Notes: generated by a model not told the origin, from the sequence alone. A stretch of DNA of 64,000 nucleotides from Candidatus Sulfomarinibacteraceae bacterium (GCA_963796455.1 CAWCLO010000001.1:448001-512000), one strand, 5' to 3'. Positions 10,014 to 20,386 are shown, numbered from the stretch's first letter. Numbers and translations: made by a program.

Positions 10014-11255
10014 ATGGCCCGCTTCCATTTCGAATGCATCGAATGCGGTGAGGAATTCGCCGAAGATCCAAACCGCTATGTTTGCTCGAGCTGCACGGGA
10101 AAACAGGAACCCGGGGGCACGATTCGCGGCGTGCTCGAAATCGTTCTCAAGGCATTGCCCAAGGACTGGCCGAATTTCCGCGCCTCGGATCCAGAGTTTC
10201 TGCACGCCTTCTGGCCGATCAGCGATGAAAGAAGCCTGCCCCCCATCCCGGTCGGAGACACACCTCTGCTGACAGTCCCACGGCTGCGCGAAGAACTGTC
10301 CATGCCCTCTCTCTTTCTCAAGGATGACACCAGGAATCCGTCGGGGTCGACCAAGGACCGGGCGTCTTTGTTGGTGGTCGCCAAGGCCATCGAGTACGGT
10401 TGTGACACAGTGGCCACCGCGTCGACTGGAAACGCGGCCTCCGCTCTGGGGACGATCACCGCCGCGGCAGGGGTTCGGGCCGTCGTTCTGGTGCCCGCGA
10501 CGGCACCGGCGGCCAAACTGGTGCAGATGCAGAGCTACGGCGCCCGGGTCATTCCGGTCGATGGAACCTATGACGACGCCTTCGAATTGTGTACGCAGGC
10601 GTGCAACCATTTCGGCTGGTACAACCGAAGCACCGCCCTCAACCCCTTCACCATCGAAGGTAAAAAGACGGCAGGACTGGAAATCGCCGCGGCGATGGCC
10701 GACGGATACCCCGACGTGGTGCTGATCCCCTCCGGCGATGGGGTGATCCTGGCAGGCCTCGCCAAGGGATTCAAGGATCTCGAAGCCGCTGGGATTCTCC
10801 CTCACCGACCCCGCTTGATCGCGGTGCAGCCCGAAGGATCGTCGGCAATCGTCGACGCCCTGCGATCCGGGGCCGACCAGGCTTCGAAACACCTCGGAGC
10901 CGCCAGCGCCGCCGACAGCCTGACAGTCGAGATGCCGCGGAACGGCATCGGCTGTCTGGCGGAGATCCGAGCCTCCGATGGTTCAGGTGTCTGCGTTTCC
11001 GACGACGCGATCGTACGGGCAATTCCGCGGCTCGCATCGAGCACCGGGGTTTTCGCGGAGCCCGCAGCAGCAGCCGTCCTGGCCGGTCTCGAAACTGCGC
11101 TCGAGGAGGGCCTCGTCGAACGCGACGAACGGGTGGTCCTGATGGTGACCGGAAACGGGCTGAAGGACGTGGCAACCGCGTCGAGGGCTCTCACTTCACC
11201 CGAGCCCGTCGAACCGACCCTCAAGGCGATCGAAGAGAGGGTCGCTGGCTCCTAG
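10014..11255 (+). CDS. Threonine synthase-like PLP enzyme
   Basis: N-terminal CxxC...CxxC; GDTPL, NPSGSTKDR, ASTGNAA, EGKKT and TGNGLKD motifs. Confidence 0.85.
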   Translation: MARFHFECIECGEEFAEDPNRYVCSSCTGKQEPGGTIRGVLEIVLKALPKDWPNFRASDPEFLHAFWPISDERSLPPIPVGDTPLLTVPRLREELSMPSLFLKDDTRNPSGSTKDRASLLVVAKAIEYGCDTVATASTGNAASALGTITAAAGVRAVVLVPATAPAAKLVQMQSYGARVIPVDGTYDDAFELCTQACNHFGWYNRSTALNPFTIEGKKTAGLEIAAAMADGYPDVVLIPSGDGVILAGLAKGFKDLEAAGILPHRPRLIAVQPEGSSAIVDALRSGADQASKHLGAASAADSLTVEMPRNGIGCLAEIRASDGSGVCVSDDAIVRAIPRLASSTGVFAEPAAAAVLAGLETALEEGLVERDERVVLMVTGNGLKDVATASRALTSPEPVEPTLKAIEERVAGS

Positions 11256-11290
11256 CCTCGGCGTCGCGGATGAAAACATCAGGGCCCGCT

Positions 11291-11609
11291 TGTCATCCTG
11301 AGCGTGGGAGCAGAGATACCGCAGATCACGCAGACGAACGCAGAAAAAGCTGAACAGCGCTGTCCGATAAATCTGCGTCTATCTGCGCCATCTGCGGTTT
11401 GCAGCGCGTCCGGGTGAGGAGCTTCTTTCGAGCTGCCAGGCGCAGGCAGAGGAATATTCAACCATTGATCGCGGCGTGCTGCTCCTCGAATTGAGCGGCC
11501 GGTTTGGGATCGCGCCAACAAATGGCACAACAAGGGACGAAGGAGTGTTCGGTGCCGACCGTCCCACAGATCCTTCGACTCGCTCGTGTTGCTCGCTCGC
11601 TCAGGATGA
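11291..11609. repeat. GTCATCCTGAG-type REP pair enclosing an inverted CGCAGA array (11318-11398)
   Basis: TGTCATCCTGAGCG at 11291; AGATCCTTCGAC...CGCTCAGGATGA ending 11609; inside, ACCGCAGATCACGCAGAC / ATCTGCGCCATCTGCGGT. Confidence 0.75.
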
Positions 11610-11647
11610 AATGATGACCCGCCGGCGAAGCCGGCGGGTCATCATTT
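11609..11647 (-). terminator. Terminator-like perfect hairpin
   Basis: AAATGATGACCCGCCGGC-GAA-GCCGGCGGGTCATCATTT at the stop of the minus-strand gene. Confidence 0.65.
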
Positions 11648-12027
11648 CATTTCGGTCCGACGATCTTCGAGGTCTCCTCGGCTCCGGGAACGACGATTCG
11701 CGACATCTCTTTGCGCTGCATCTCCTTGACCTCTTCGATCATGGCTTCGACGGCGGTCTGGATGGCCGCCGGGAAGCGTTCGATGGCCGCCTTGAGATTC
11801 TCGGCTTCGATTTTTGTCTGCACCGGCACCGGCCCGACCTGCGACATGAGCTGGGTCTCGCCGACATAAACCATCGGCCGCCCCAAGTCTCTGTCACCGT
11901 CGGTTGTGACCGGAGTGAGTTGTTTCAACGAACCGACTCGAAGATCGGTGTAGACCTCTTCACGATAAAGGTTCTTTTCGTCCAGCTTGATTTCGGACAA
12001 TGCCTGGGTCTGCGGGTCATCCATCAT
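11647..12027 (-). CDS. Conserved hypothetical cytoplasmic protein
   Basis: 126 aa ORF, NLYREEVYTDLRVGS...IVVPG; GAGGAGG RBS. Confidence 0.75.
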   Translation of the reverse strand: MMDDPQTQALSEIKLDEKNLYREEVYTDLRVGSLKQLTPVTTDGDRDLGRPMVYVGETQLMSQVGPVPVQTKIEAENLKAAIERFPAAIQTAVEAMIEEVKEMQRKEMSRIVVPGAEETSKIVGPK

Positions 12028-12033
12028 TCCTCC

Positions 12034-12807
12034 TCATTTGTCAGACGGGAGCGACCATTGCGGATCGGCCGCCATCCCGAGAAATTCTTCTGATTCTTTC
12101 ATCAAGAGATTGACGCGTTCTTCGAGGTCCTGGCGGTGCGTCTCGAGCTCGGCACCGTCAAATTTCCTCGGGACAGTGTAGGGCTCCCCGACGCTGATGA
12201 CCACCCGGGAAAAAGGTTTTGGGACCAGATGGTGATCCCAGGTCGGCAGACGCCAGGCGCTCCTCGCAGCAAACCCTATCGGTACGATGGGCACGTCCGA
12301 CATCCGGGCCACCATGATCGCGCCGGGTTTACAGTAATGGCGTGGGCCTTTTGAACCATCAAGAGTGATACACGGAGACATACCGTCTTCGCAGATTGCC
12401 CGTTTGAGCCCTCGAAGCGCCGCCGCGCCACTCCTACGAGCCGATCCACGGACCGCCTTGCCTCCGAATTGGGCCAGCAACTGCACCCCGATTTCGCCAT
12501 CGACCGAGGGACTGATCAAAAAAGTGGGATTGAGGCCCTCGCCACCGATTCGAGCGATGAAACGACCAACGACGATCAGGCCTTCGTGCCAGATCGCATA
12601 CACCACCGGCTGTTTCTCACCAGCCAAACGACGAAACCCATCCGATTCAAGAAATTCGAAACGAAAAAGCCACCAGATGAACCTGACGAACATGGCCAGC
12701 AGCGGCGCCAGAATGGCAAAGAGCCATCGCCTCCACCACGTCAGTTCTCGAGGTCGATCGGCCGCACGTTGCGATTTGGGCTGGGGTGGTTGTTTTGCTT
12801 CATTCAT
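12034..12807 (-). CDS. DUF374 / lysophospholipid acyltransferase family protein
   Basis: AIWH, ISPSVDGE, VRGS, ITLDGSKGP, WD and PKPFS motifs. Confidence 0.85.
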   Translation of the reverse strand: MNEAKQPPQPKSQRAADRPRELTWWRRWLFAILAPLLAMFVRFIWWLFRFEFLESDGFRRLAGEKQPVVYAIWHEGLIVVGRFIARIGGEGLNPTFLISPSVDGEIGVQLLAQFGGKAVRGSARRSGAAALRGLKRAICEDGMSPCITLDGSKGPRHYCKPGAIMVARMSDVPIVPIGFAARSAWRLPTWDHHLVPKPFSRVVISVGEPYTVPRKFDGAELETHRQDLEERVNLLMKESEEFLGMAADPQWSLPSDK

Positions 12808-12848
12808 CGGTATTCCGCATCGGATCGCAGGGATGGTACCACGGCGAT

Positions 12849-15041
12849 TCAGGCTTCTCCGAGGTGATGGTAACTGGGTGACGGGCCGACCTCGATCTCG
12901 AAACCGACCGGCGTCTTCAGCTTCTGACCGTCACGACCGATCGATTGCAGCGCCGGACGCGGGAGGCGTTCGTGCCCGGGACCGACCGCGCTCCAAGCAA
13001 CAACAATTTCCTCACCATCCAGTGTGAATCGATAGAGAAAACGGCCGTCCTTCGAGGGAAGTGGTCCGTGAAAGAGCGCACCATCAAGCTCGCTGTGGAG
13101 CGTCCGCAATGCCGCGAATGCAGGCCGTCGCCGCAGCGTACCATCATTCCCGGGCGCCGCAAGGCCATAACCCCGTGCCGCCAATCGCCACCAGAACACA
13201 CGCTCCACCAGACCGGTGCCCAGGGCGAGCAGGTAGTAACGAACCAGGTAGTCGGCGTGTTCTTCTTCATTCACCGAGACCGTCTTACCGGCCGGCGAGT
13301 GCGGCCCCTCCCACAACGGCCAATTGACCTCGGTGATCCAACAGCGTTCGCTTGAGTTGCGGCCGGTCTCGGCAATCGCACGAAGCAGGGTGACTTTATC
13401 GATGGTATCGAGCCCCATCTGCCGGTTTTCGGGCGCGCCGCGGCGATCCACGTACAGCAAGCTCGAGACCGCATCGAAGTGAAGGCCCGGATAGCGGCCG
13501 TTCACCAGGGCCAATATGGACTGAAACTCGAAGTCGATCACCGCCGGTCCGAGAACCTCGACGCCCGGCCTCCTGCGAAGGATATCAGCCGCTTCGAGAT
13601 AAAGGTCTACATACTCGCCGTGGGTCCACACCCCCCACTTGCTGCGGTTGATCGCTTGACCAACCTGAAATCGACAACCAAGGGGTGAAAAGAGATCCGC
13701 CAATTCTTCCACCGCAGCTCGCCAACGGGAACGATCTCGAACCAGATCCCGATTCTGGGGGATGACAAACGCCAGCTCACGGCCCCGCTCGGAAAGGGCC
13801 CTGGCAAGATCGAGCTCGGCCGAGTGATCGTCATCCCAGGGATGGAGGCGGATCAGCAGCTGTCGCACACCGAGATCATCGATCGCATCGAGATGGGCTG
13901 CCGGATCGATGGGAAATGGCCGCAGGGCGAGCCCGATTCCGGTGAACGGGCTCGGCTGTGAATAAAGGGACGATTTCAGACTGCGATAGCGCCGCAACGT
14001 TCTGGGCAAGGCGCCGGCGCTCACCACCAGGTCCCGGATGTGGGAAGGGCTGTCGGCGAAACGAATCGCATATTTTTCGAATTTCGTCGCGTGCTGGTGT
14101 GGCTGGTCCGAGAGGTGATCCCAGACGGCACGATCGCGGGTCGAGGCACCTTCGTGGGCAGCCGGAATGTGCGGATGATGCGAACCACCGTGGGCGTGGC
14201 GCCGTTTCAGACGAAACTTTCGAAGTGGCTTTTTGATCGCGTGTTTGAGGATATACCCGTCAACCGACAGACCGTAGAACCACCACCGGAACGACCAGCG
14301 GGGCGGCACCTTTCCCCAGTAGCCGTCGAGAAATGCTTCGCGGTGTTTTTTCTGGAGTACCGGGAGTCGGCAGATATCGCGAGTCCGCCGGTACACCCCG
14401 AGCGTTCTACCGGTTCTTGCACGGTTGAAGTCGATGAGGAAGAGCTCGAGTTCGCCGTCATCGCCAGCGACCGCGAGGATGTTGCCTAGCGAGAGATCGC
14501 GATAGAGGATGCCGGCATCGTTGATGCGTCGCGCCAGTTGACCGAGCCGTTTGAGAAATGCCGCGTCATCGACCACCGGGAAGTCGCTCTCCCCAGCCTC
14601 ATGATTGAGGCGACGAAAAAACTGCCGCACTTCGACGGCACCGACAAGACGGCGGGCGACAAAGAAGGACGGGCCCTCGATCTCGTCGCTCTCCCCCCAC
14701 AAAAGCGGGTCCGGTGTGGCCAAACCTGCCCGGAGGAGTTCCTTCGCGACCCGCCAACTGCGCTCGGCCTTGCTGCCGCGAAACTTCCGATCGAGACGTT
14801 TTCGCAGACCCTGGTTCGAAAACTGTTTGACCACCGCCGGCACAGCGGATTCTTCGCTGTTCAGATCGACCGCGTAAATATAGTTGCGGCCCCAATGGAT
14901 GGTTTCCACCGATGCTGACGGGTCGCAGATTCTGGCGATTTCCGTCGCTCCATCCTTTGGTCTGTAGGCGACCGCAAATTCGCCGCGCAGAGGCGCGCCG
15001 GAAAATTCTTCAAAGAGTGGAATTCGGGTCTCATCCGACAT
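12849..15041 (-). CDS. LPS kinase (Kdo/WaaP/InaA)-like domain fused to a glycoside-hydrolase-like TIM barrel
   Basis: YRDLSLGNIL and LIDFNR kinase motifs; C-terminal LYVDRRGAPEN and WITEVNWPL. Confidence 0.7.
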   Translation of the reverse strand: MSDETRIPLFEEFSGAPLRGEFAVAYRPKDGATEIARICDPSASVETIHWGRNYIYAVDLNSEESAVPAVVKQFSNQGLRKRLDRKFRGSKAERSWRVAKELLRAGLATPDPLLWGESDEIEGPSFFVARRLVGAVEVRQFFRRLNHEAGESDFPVVDDAAFLKRLGQLARRINDAGILYRDLSLGNILAVAGDDGELELFLIDFNRARTGRTLGVYRRTRDICRLPVLQKKHREAFLDGYWGKVPPRWSFRWWFYGLSVDGYILKHAIKKPLRKFRLKRRHAHGGSHHPHIPAAHEGASTRDRAVWDHLSDQPHQHATKFEKYAIRFADSPSHIRDLVVSAGALPRTLRRYRSLKSSLYSQPSPFTGIGLALRPFPIDPAAHLDAIDDLGVRQLLIRLHPWDDDHSAELDLARALSERGRELAFVIPQNRDLVRDRSRWRAAVEELADLFSPLGCRFQVGQAINRSKWGVWTHGEYVDLYLEAADILRRRPGVEVLGPAVIDFEFQSILALVNGRYPGLHFDAVSSLLYVDRRGAPENRQMGLDTIDKVTLLRAIAETGRNSSERCWITEVNWPLWEGPHSPAGKTVSVNEEEHADYLVRYYLLALGTGLVERVFWWRLAARGYGLAAPGNDGTLRRRPAFAALRTLHSELDGALFHGPLPSKDGRFLYRFTLDGEEIVVAWSAVGPGHERLPRPALQSIGRDGQKLKTPVGFEIEVGPSPSYHHLGEA

Positions 15042-15091
15042 CGGCGGAGAATACCATCGCGCTCGGATCCGCGTCCGAAATAATCACCCGA

Positions 15092-16303
15092 TCAGGAGCC
15101 GAGGATGCGCTCGAACTCTTCGGGACGCGAACTGCGAACCCTGGCCTCCTCGCCATTGATCGCGCCCGCACGGACAAGATCTGCGAGTGACTGCTCCATC
15201 GACACCATGCCCCTGCTTCGGCCGCCAACCAATTCGTCGTAAAGACGATCCAGATGCCCGCGACGAACATGGTTGCGAACGGCATAGCTGGCCCGCAACA
15301 CCTCCACTGCAGGAACACGACCTCCCCCATCCATCGTCGGAACCAATTGTTGACAGACGATCGCGCTCAACGACATCGACAGCTGCTGACTGATCTGCGC
15401 CTGTTGGTTGGCGGGAAAGACATCGATCATCCGGTGGACCGCCTGCGCGACATCACTCGTGTGGAGCGTGGAGAGGATGAGGTGTCCTGTTTCGGCGGCG
15501 GTTATCGCCGTGGCCATGGTCTCGAGGTCTCTCATTTCGCCGACCAGAATGATGTCGGGGTCGCGCCGCAGCGCCGACCGGAGGGCGTCAGCAAAGCTGG
15601 GGGAATCGCTGCCGACCTCGATCTGCTCGAAAACGGATCGTTGGTTCGGATGTTGATACTCGATCGGTTCTTCGATAGTGATCACGTGCCGGAATTGTGA
15701 TCGATTGACATGGTCCAGAAGCGCGGCGATGGTGGTCGACTTGCCGGAACCGGTCGGCCCACAGACCAACACCAGACCGTTTGATGGATCGACGAGGTTG
15801 ACCAGCTCTGAGGGCAGGTGGAGCGCCTCGAGGCTGGGGATCGACCGCGGCAGCGCCCGGATCGCGGCTGCGAGAAGCCCGCTCTGGCGCTGAATATTGA
15901 CCCGTAGGCGCAAAGCCTGCTCGCCTGGAACACTGAGCGAGAAATCCGCCGACCCGGTTTCGGCGATCCTCCTGGCAGCGCCGTGACCGATATTCGACTC
16001 AAAAAGGCGGCGAATGGCGTCCTTATCGATGGATCTGTCTTCCATCCGCTCCAGGCGACCGTTGACCCTCAGGACCGGAGCGCTACCTGGTACCAACACA
16101 AGATCGCTGGCGTTTCGGTGGATCATCTCGGCAACCAGACGCAGCAGCTCTCCGCCGGCTGCTGTGGGAGAACCACCCCATCCATCCAGCTCCGCCTCCT
16201 CCCGGGTGCGCAATGGGGGGGAGTTCTCGCTGTCGGGTTTGACCGACCGGTTCATCTCCTGGACCAGTCGATCGATCTCCGGATCTGGAAGGTATTTGCC
16301 CAT
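15092..16303 (-). CDS. pilT: PilT/PilU family type IV pilus ATPase
   Basis: GPTGSGKSTT, TIEEPIE, LRRDPDIILVGEMRD and AETGHL motifs. Confidence 0.85.
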   Translation of the reverse strand: MGKYLPDPEIDRLVQEMNRSVKPDSENSPPLRTREEAELDGWGGSPTAAGGELLRLVAEMIHRNASDLVLVPGSAPVLRVNGRLERMEDRSIDKDAIRRLFESNIGHGAARRIAETGSADFSLSVPGEQALRLRVNIQRQSGLLAAAIRALPRSIPSLEALHLPSELVNLVDPSNGLVLVCGPTGSGKSTTIAALLDHVNRSQFRHVITIEEPIEYQHPNQRSVFEQIEVGSDSPSFADALRSALRRDPDIILVGEMRDLETMATAITAAETGHLILSTLHTSDVAQAVHRMIDVFPANQQAQISQQLSMSLSAIVCQQLVPTMDGGGRVPAVEVLRASYAVRNHVRRGHLDRLYDELVGGRSRGMVSMEQSLADLVRAGAINGEEARVRSSRPEEFERILGS

Positions 16304-16314
16304 CTGCCCCTATC

Positions 16315-17499
16315 TTACGGTGTCGCTTCGGCATGGGTCGGCGTTTCGGGAATTTCGATCGATCGCCCCAGGGTGTCGGCGATTGCCATCCCCGCGATCG
16401 TTGGACGGATGGTCTCGCCATCGACGAGGAGGTGGCCCGATTCTCGAAAACCTCCGATCGCGTTCCGGTTTCTTTGCCACAGATCGACCTCATACGCACG
16501 ACCGAGCGCTCCGAGATCCACACCTTCTTTGGTCCGAAGACCCAGGATCACCCGCTCGAGCAGAAGCTCGGTCGACGACAGCGTCTCCTCGCCCGCCACC
16601 GGAAGGCGGCCCGATCCGAGTGCAGACTGCCACAATCTCACTTTCTTCAGGTTCCACCACCGCCGCCCGCCGACAAAGGAATGAGCCGACGGCCCGAGGC
16701 CGAGGTACGGCGTGTGGTTCCAATATTTTAAATTGTGGTGTGACCGGTGGGCCTCTGCCGAAGCGAAGTTCGACACCTCGTAACCCTCATATCCCGCGTC
16801 GGCCAACAAGGTGTGGGTGAGGAAATAGAGCTCTGCCTGTTGCGGCTCCGGGGCCTCGTTGACCCTGCCCTCCTTGAATCGACGGCCAAAGATCGTGCCG
16901 TCATGAAAGGTCAGTTGATAGCAGCTCAGGTGATCCACACCTATTGCCACCGCCTGCCTGAGCTCCGCACGCCAATCGGCCGGAGACTGGCCGTCGAGAC
17001 CGAAGATCAGATCGAGCGAAACCGTCTCGAACCCCGCTTCGAGCAGTTCGAATGCCGCATGCTTCGCCTCAGCCGCGGTATGAGCCCGGCCGAGGAAACG
17101 AAGCGCTCGATCATCAAACGACTGGACGCCAAGGCTGACCCTGGAAAATCCCAGTCGACGCCAGATCCTCGCCGACTCGGCGGTCACGTCCTCCGGGTTG
17201 ATCTCGAGGTACCGAAACGCGTCGTTGCGAATCCGGAGGCATTCACCAACCTGATCGAGCACCTCGAGAAGCCGACCCGGGCCCAGCGACGACGGTGTGC
17301 CGCCGCCGAGGTAGACGGTGTCAAAATCCAGGTCGAGATTGCAGTAGCGCTCCGCTTCCATCCGAAGGCCCGCAGCCCAACCTGCACGGCGTTTCTCACC
17401 GGCAATCGTGACCGCAAAATCGCAATAGGGACAAACCGAGGTGCAAAAAGGAACATGGATGTACAGGCCCGCGGATTCCGACAATTCTCCGTCGATCAT
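16315..17499 (-). CDS. hemW: Radical SAM heme chaperone HemW
   Basis: YIHVPFCTSVCPYCDF, GGGTPS, YEVSNF, HNLKYW and GLGPSAHS; downstream of lepA. Confidence 0.9.
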   Translation of the reverse strand: MIDGELSESAGLYIHVPFCTSVCPYCDFAVTIAGEKRRAGWAAGLRMEAERYCNLDLDFDTVYLGGGTPSSLGPGRLLEVLDQVGECLRIRNDAFRYLEINPEDVTAESARIWRRLGFSRVSLGVQSFDDRALRFLGRAHTAAEAKHAAFELLEAGFETVSLDLIFGLDGQSPADWRAELRQAVAIGVDHLSCYQLTFHDGTIFGRRFKEGRVNEAPEPQQAELYFLTHTLLADAGYEGYEVSNFASAEAHRSHHNLKYWNHTPYLGLGPSAHSFVGGRRWWNLKKVRLWQSALGSGRLPVAGEETLSSTELLLERVILGLRTKEGVDLGALGRAYEVDLWQRNRNAIGGFRESGHLLVDGETIRPTIAGMAIADTLGRSIEIPETPTHAEATP

Positions 17500-17508
17500 G
17501 AAAAAGGC

Positions 17509-17619
17509 ATTTCGAATTTCGAATTTCGAATTTCGGATTTCCGCTCACCTGACCGTGAATCCGCCGTCATATCTCGCGAGAAACAAAAATCCGAAATCCG
17601 ACATCCCAAATCCGAAATC
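17509..17619. repeat. Inverted heptamer arrays (ATTTCGA)n ... (AAATCCG)n with no gene inside
   Basis: 17509-17541 is complementary to 17587-17619. Confidence 0.8.
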
Positions 17620-19414
17620 AATCTTTATCCGTCTTCAGCACCGCAACAAATGCCGATTGCGGGATCTCCACCGAACCCACCATCTTCATCCGCGCCTTGC
17701 CCTTCTTCTGCTTCTCGAGGAGTTTTCGTTTGCGGGAGATGTCGCCTCCGTAACACTTGGCGGTCACATCCTTGCGGTAGGCGTTGATCGTCTTGCGGGC
17801 GATGACATCACCACCGATGGCACCCTGGATGGCGATCTTGAACTGCTGCTTCGGAATCGTGTCGGCGAGCCGGTCGCAATAGTGGAGGGCGCGCGCGCGG
17901 GCCTTCTCCACGTGGACGAGCTGGGCCAGGGCATCCACCGGTTCACCATTGACCAGAATATCCACCTTGACGAGCTCGGCGGGTCGATAGTCGAGCATCT
18001 CGTAGTCAAAGGAACCATAACCCTGGGTCACCGATTTGAGGCGATCATAAAAATCGAAGAGCACCTCGGCGAGCGGCATCTCAGACGTCAGCTCGACCCG
18101 ACCCACCGCCAGATAAGTGAAGGTCGTGTTTTCACCCCGCCGATCGCGGCACAATTCCATCACCGATCCGACATAGCGCTCCGGCATCATCACCGAGGCC
18201 TTGATGAAGGGTTCCTTTGCTTCTTCGATGGTTCCGCGATCGGGGTAGAGGCTCGGGTTGTCGATCCAGCCTTCGCTTCCATCGGTGCGGCGCACCAGAT
18301 AGCGCACCGACGGCGCCGAAAGAATCAGGGAAAGATCGTACTCGCGGCGCAGCCTTTCCTGAACCACTTCGAGGTGAAGCAAACCGAGGAAGCCGCAACG
18401 AAATCCAAATCCGAGGGCCACCGACGAGTCTTTTTCGTAGGTCAGTGCGGCGTCGTTGAGTTTGAGCTTTTCCAGCGCCTTGGTCAATTCGCGATACTCG
18501 TCGGTCGACATCGGATAGATCGAGGAGAAGACCACCGGTTTCGCCTCTTTGTAGCCGGGCAGGGGATCCGCCGCCGGATTGTCCGTTTCGGTGATGGTGT
18601 CGCCCACCGCGATGTCGGAAACCGCTTTCACGCCAGCAATCACATAGCCCACCATCCCGGCTGCAAGCTCCTCCGTCTTGACCTTCTTCAGCTGCAGCAA
18701 TCCGACTTCCTCGACCACATACTCCTTATCGGTGTGCATCAGAAGGACCCGCCGGCCCGGACGCATCGTTCCTTCCATGACCCGTACCAACAAGACAGCG
18801 CCTCGATATGGATCGTATTGAGCGTCGAAGATCAACGCCTGAAGGGGGGCTTCCGGGTCCCCGGTCGGAGGAGGCAGACGATGTACGATAGCCTCCAATA
18901 CGTCCTCGATGCCTTGCCCGGTTTTGGCCGAACACAACACGGCCTCTGAGGAATCGAGACCGAGGTCCTCGTCAATCTCCTCGCTGACTCTTTCGACATC
19001 GGCAGCGGGAAGATCGATCTTGTTGATGACCGGCACCATCTCGAGATCGTGTTCGAGGGCCAGATACAGATTGGCCACCGTCTGGGCCTCGACACCCTGC
19101 GAAGCATCCACCAGCAACAGCGCGCCCTCGCACGACATCAACGACCGCCTCACCTCGTGGGAGAAGTCCACGTGGCCCGGGGTGTCGATGAGATTGAGCT
19201 TGTAGGTCTGTCCGTTTTTGGCCGTGTAGTCGAGGGTCACGGTGTTCGATTTGATGGTGATGCCGCGCTCGCGTTCGATGTCCATCGAATCGAGGATCTG
19301 ATCCCGGAAGTCACGATCCGCGACGCCGCCACAGAACTGGATCAACCGATCGGCAAGCGTCGACTTGCCGTGATCGATATGGGCGATGATGCAGAAACTC
19401 CGAACCTGATCCAC
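17618..19414 (-). CDS. lepA: Elongation factor 4
   Basis: AHIDHGKSTLAD, DTPGHVDF, GFLGLLH and KCYGGDISRKRKLL. Confidence 0.98.
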   Translation of the reverse strand: MDQVRSFCIIAHIDHGKSTLADRLIQFCGGVADRDFRDQILDSMDIERERGITIKSNTVTLDYTAKNGQTYKLNLIDTPGHVDFSHEVRRSLMSCEGALLLVDASQGVEAQTVANLYLALEHDLEMVPVINKIDLPAADVERVSEEIDEDLGLDSSEAVLCSAKTGQGIEDVLEAIVHRLPPPTGDPEAPLQALIFDAQYDPYRGAVLLVRVMEGTMRPGRRVLLMHTDKEYVVEEVGLLQLKKVKTEELAAGMVGYVIAGVKAVSDIAVGDTITETDNPAADPLPGYKEAKPVVFSSIYPMSTDEYRELTKALEKLKLNDAALTYEKDSSVALGFGFRCGFLGLLHLEVVQERLRREYDLSLILSAPSVRYLVRRTDGSEGWIDNPSLYPDRGTIEEAKEPFIKASVMMPERYVGSVMELCRDRRGENTTFTYLAVGRVELTSEMPLAEVLFDFYDRLKSVTQGYGSFDYEMLDYRPAELVKVDILVNGEPVDALAQLVHVEKARARALHYCDRLADTIPKQQFKIAIQGAIGGDVIARKTINAYRKDVTAKCYGGDISRKRKLLEKQKKGKARMKMVGSVEIPQSAFVAVLKTDKD

Positions 19415-19696
19415 TGAATTTCCTCCGGGGAACCGCGGGGGCGGTAGAAGGCATTATCGCGGAAAACCCCGTTTCACGCCAGCCGAGGTCTTCCGACCAC
19501 GTCGAGCTCATCAACTTGCGGCACGATCCTCGAGGTTCCGGGCCTCCCGCAATCAACGGATCGCATGCTCCGACGAGCAACGGGTTGAGACCGAGGGCTG
19601 CCTCGATGCTGCGGCGCGCGGCCGCTTCCCTGTCGGGAAAAAACGCCTTTTACATGATCCTGACTCCAAACGCGCCCAAAACAGCTATCCTGAGGC

Positions 19697-20386
19697 ATGC
19701 ATATCCTCATCGTCGAGGACGAACGAATCCTGCGCGAGGGCCTCACCGAGCTGCTGACCGCGGCCGATCATCAGGTCACTGCCCACGAAAGTGGCAGGGA
19801 GGCCATCGAGAGCGGCACCCACGAAACCTTTGACCTGGTGCTCCTCGATCTCATGTTGCCCGACATGGACGGCGTCGAGGTCTGCCGCCGCCTTCGCCAG
19901 GCACGGCCTTCGCTTCCCATCTTCATGCTGACCGCTCGAGGCTCGGAGGACGACAAGGTCGCCGGGCTTGATGCCGGTGCCGACGACTATCTGACAAAAC
20001 CATTTGCGGTGCGCGAATTGCTGGCCCGAATCAACGCCCTGGCCCGCCGGGCTACGGCGACCCCGGCCGATCCCGAAATCGTATCCGTCGATGACTGCAC
20101 AATCGACCTCGGTCGACTGGAGGCCCGGCGAGCCGACCAAAGCGTGCAGCTCACCCCGCGCGAAGCCGGTATCCTGCGCTGGCTCCACCGCCATCGCTCA
20201 CGCGCAGTCAGCCGGTCGGAACTGCTCGAAAGGGTCTGGGGGGCGAGCGGAAAGCTGCAGACCCGGACGGTCGACATGACGGTCGCCAATCTCCGGCAGA
20301 AGATCGAACGGGATGCATCCGATCCGAAAATCGTGTTGACGGTCACCGGCGCCGGATACGCCTGGGGTGATGTCTCAGAATCATGA
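19697..20386 (+). CDS. OmpR-family response regulator
   Basis: Receiver domain (LLDLMLP, GADDYLTKPF) plus winged helix (RTVDMTVANLRQK). Confidence 0.95.
   Translation: MHILIVEDERILREGLTELLTAADHQVTAHESGREAIESGTHETFDLVLLDLMLPDMDGVEVCRRLRQARPSLPIFMLTARGSEDDKVAGLDAGADDYLTKPFAVRELLARINALARRATATPADPEIVSVDDCTIDLGRLEARRADQSVQLTPREAGILRWLHRHRSRAVSRSELLERVWGASGKLQTRTVDMTVANLRQKIERDASDPKIVLTVTGAGYAWGDVSES

Noticed and set aside
17441..18949. 502-aa plus-strand ORF and similar long antisense ORFs (e.g. 3663..4652, 51891..52916, 58592..59788)
   Set aside because: Shadow frames opposite well-supported genes, expected in GC-rich DNA.
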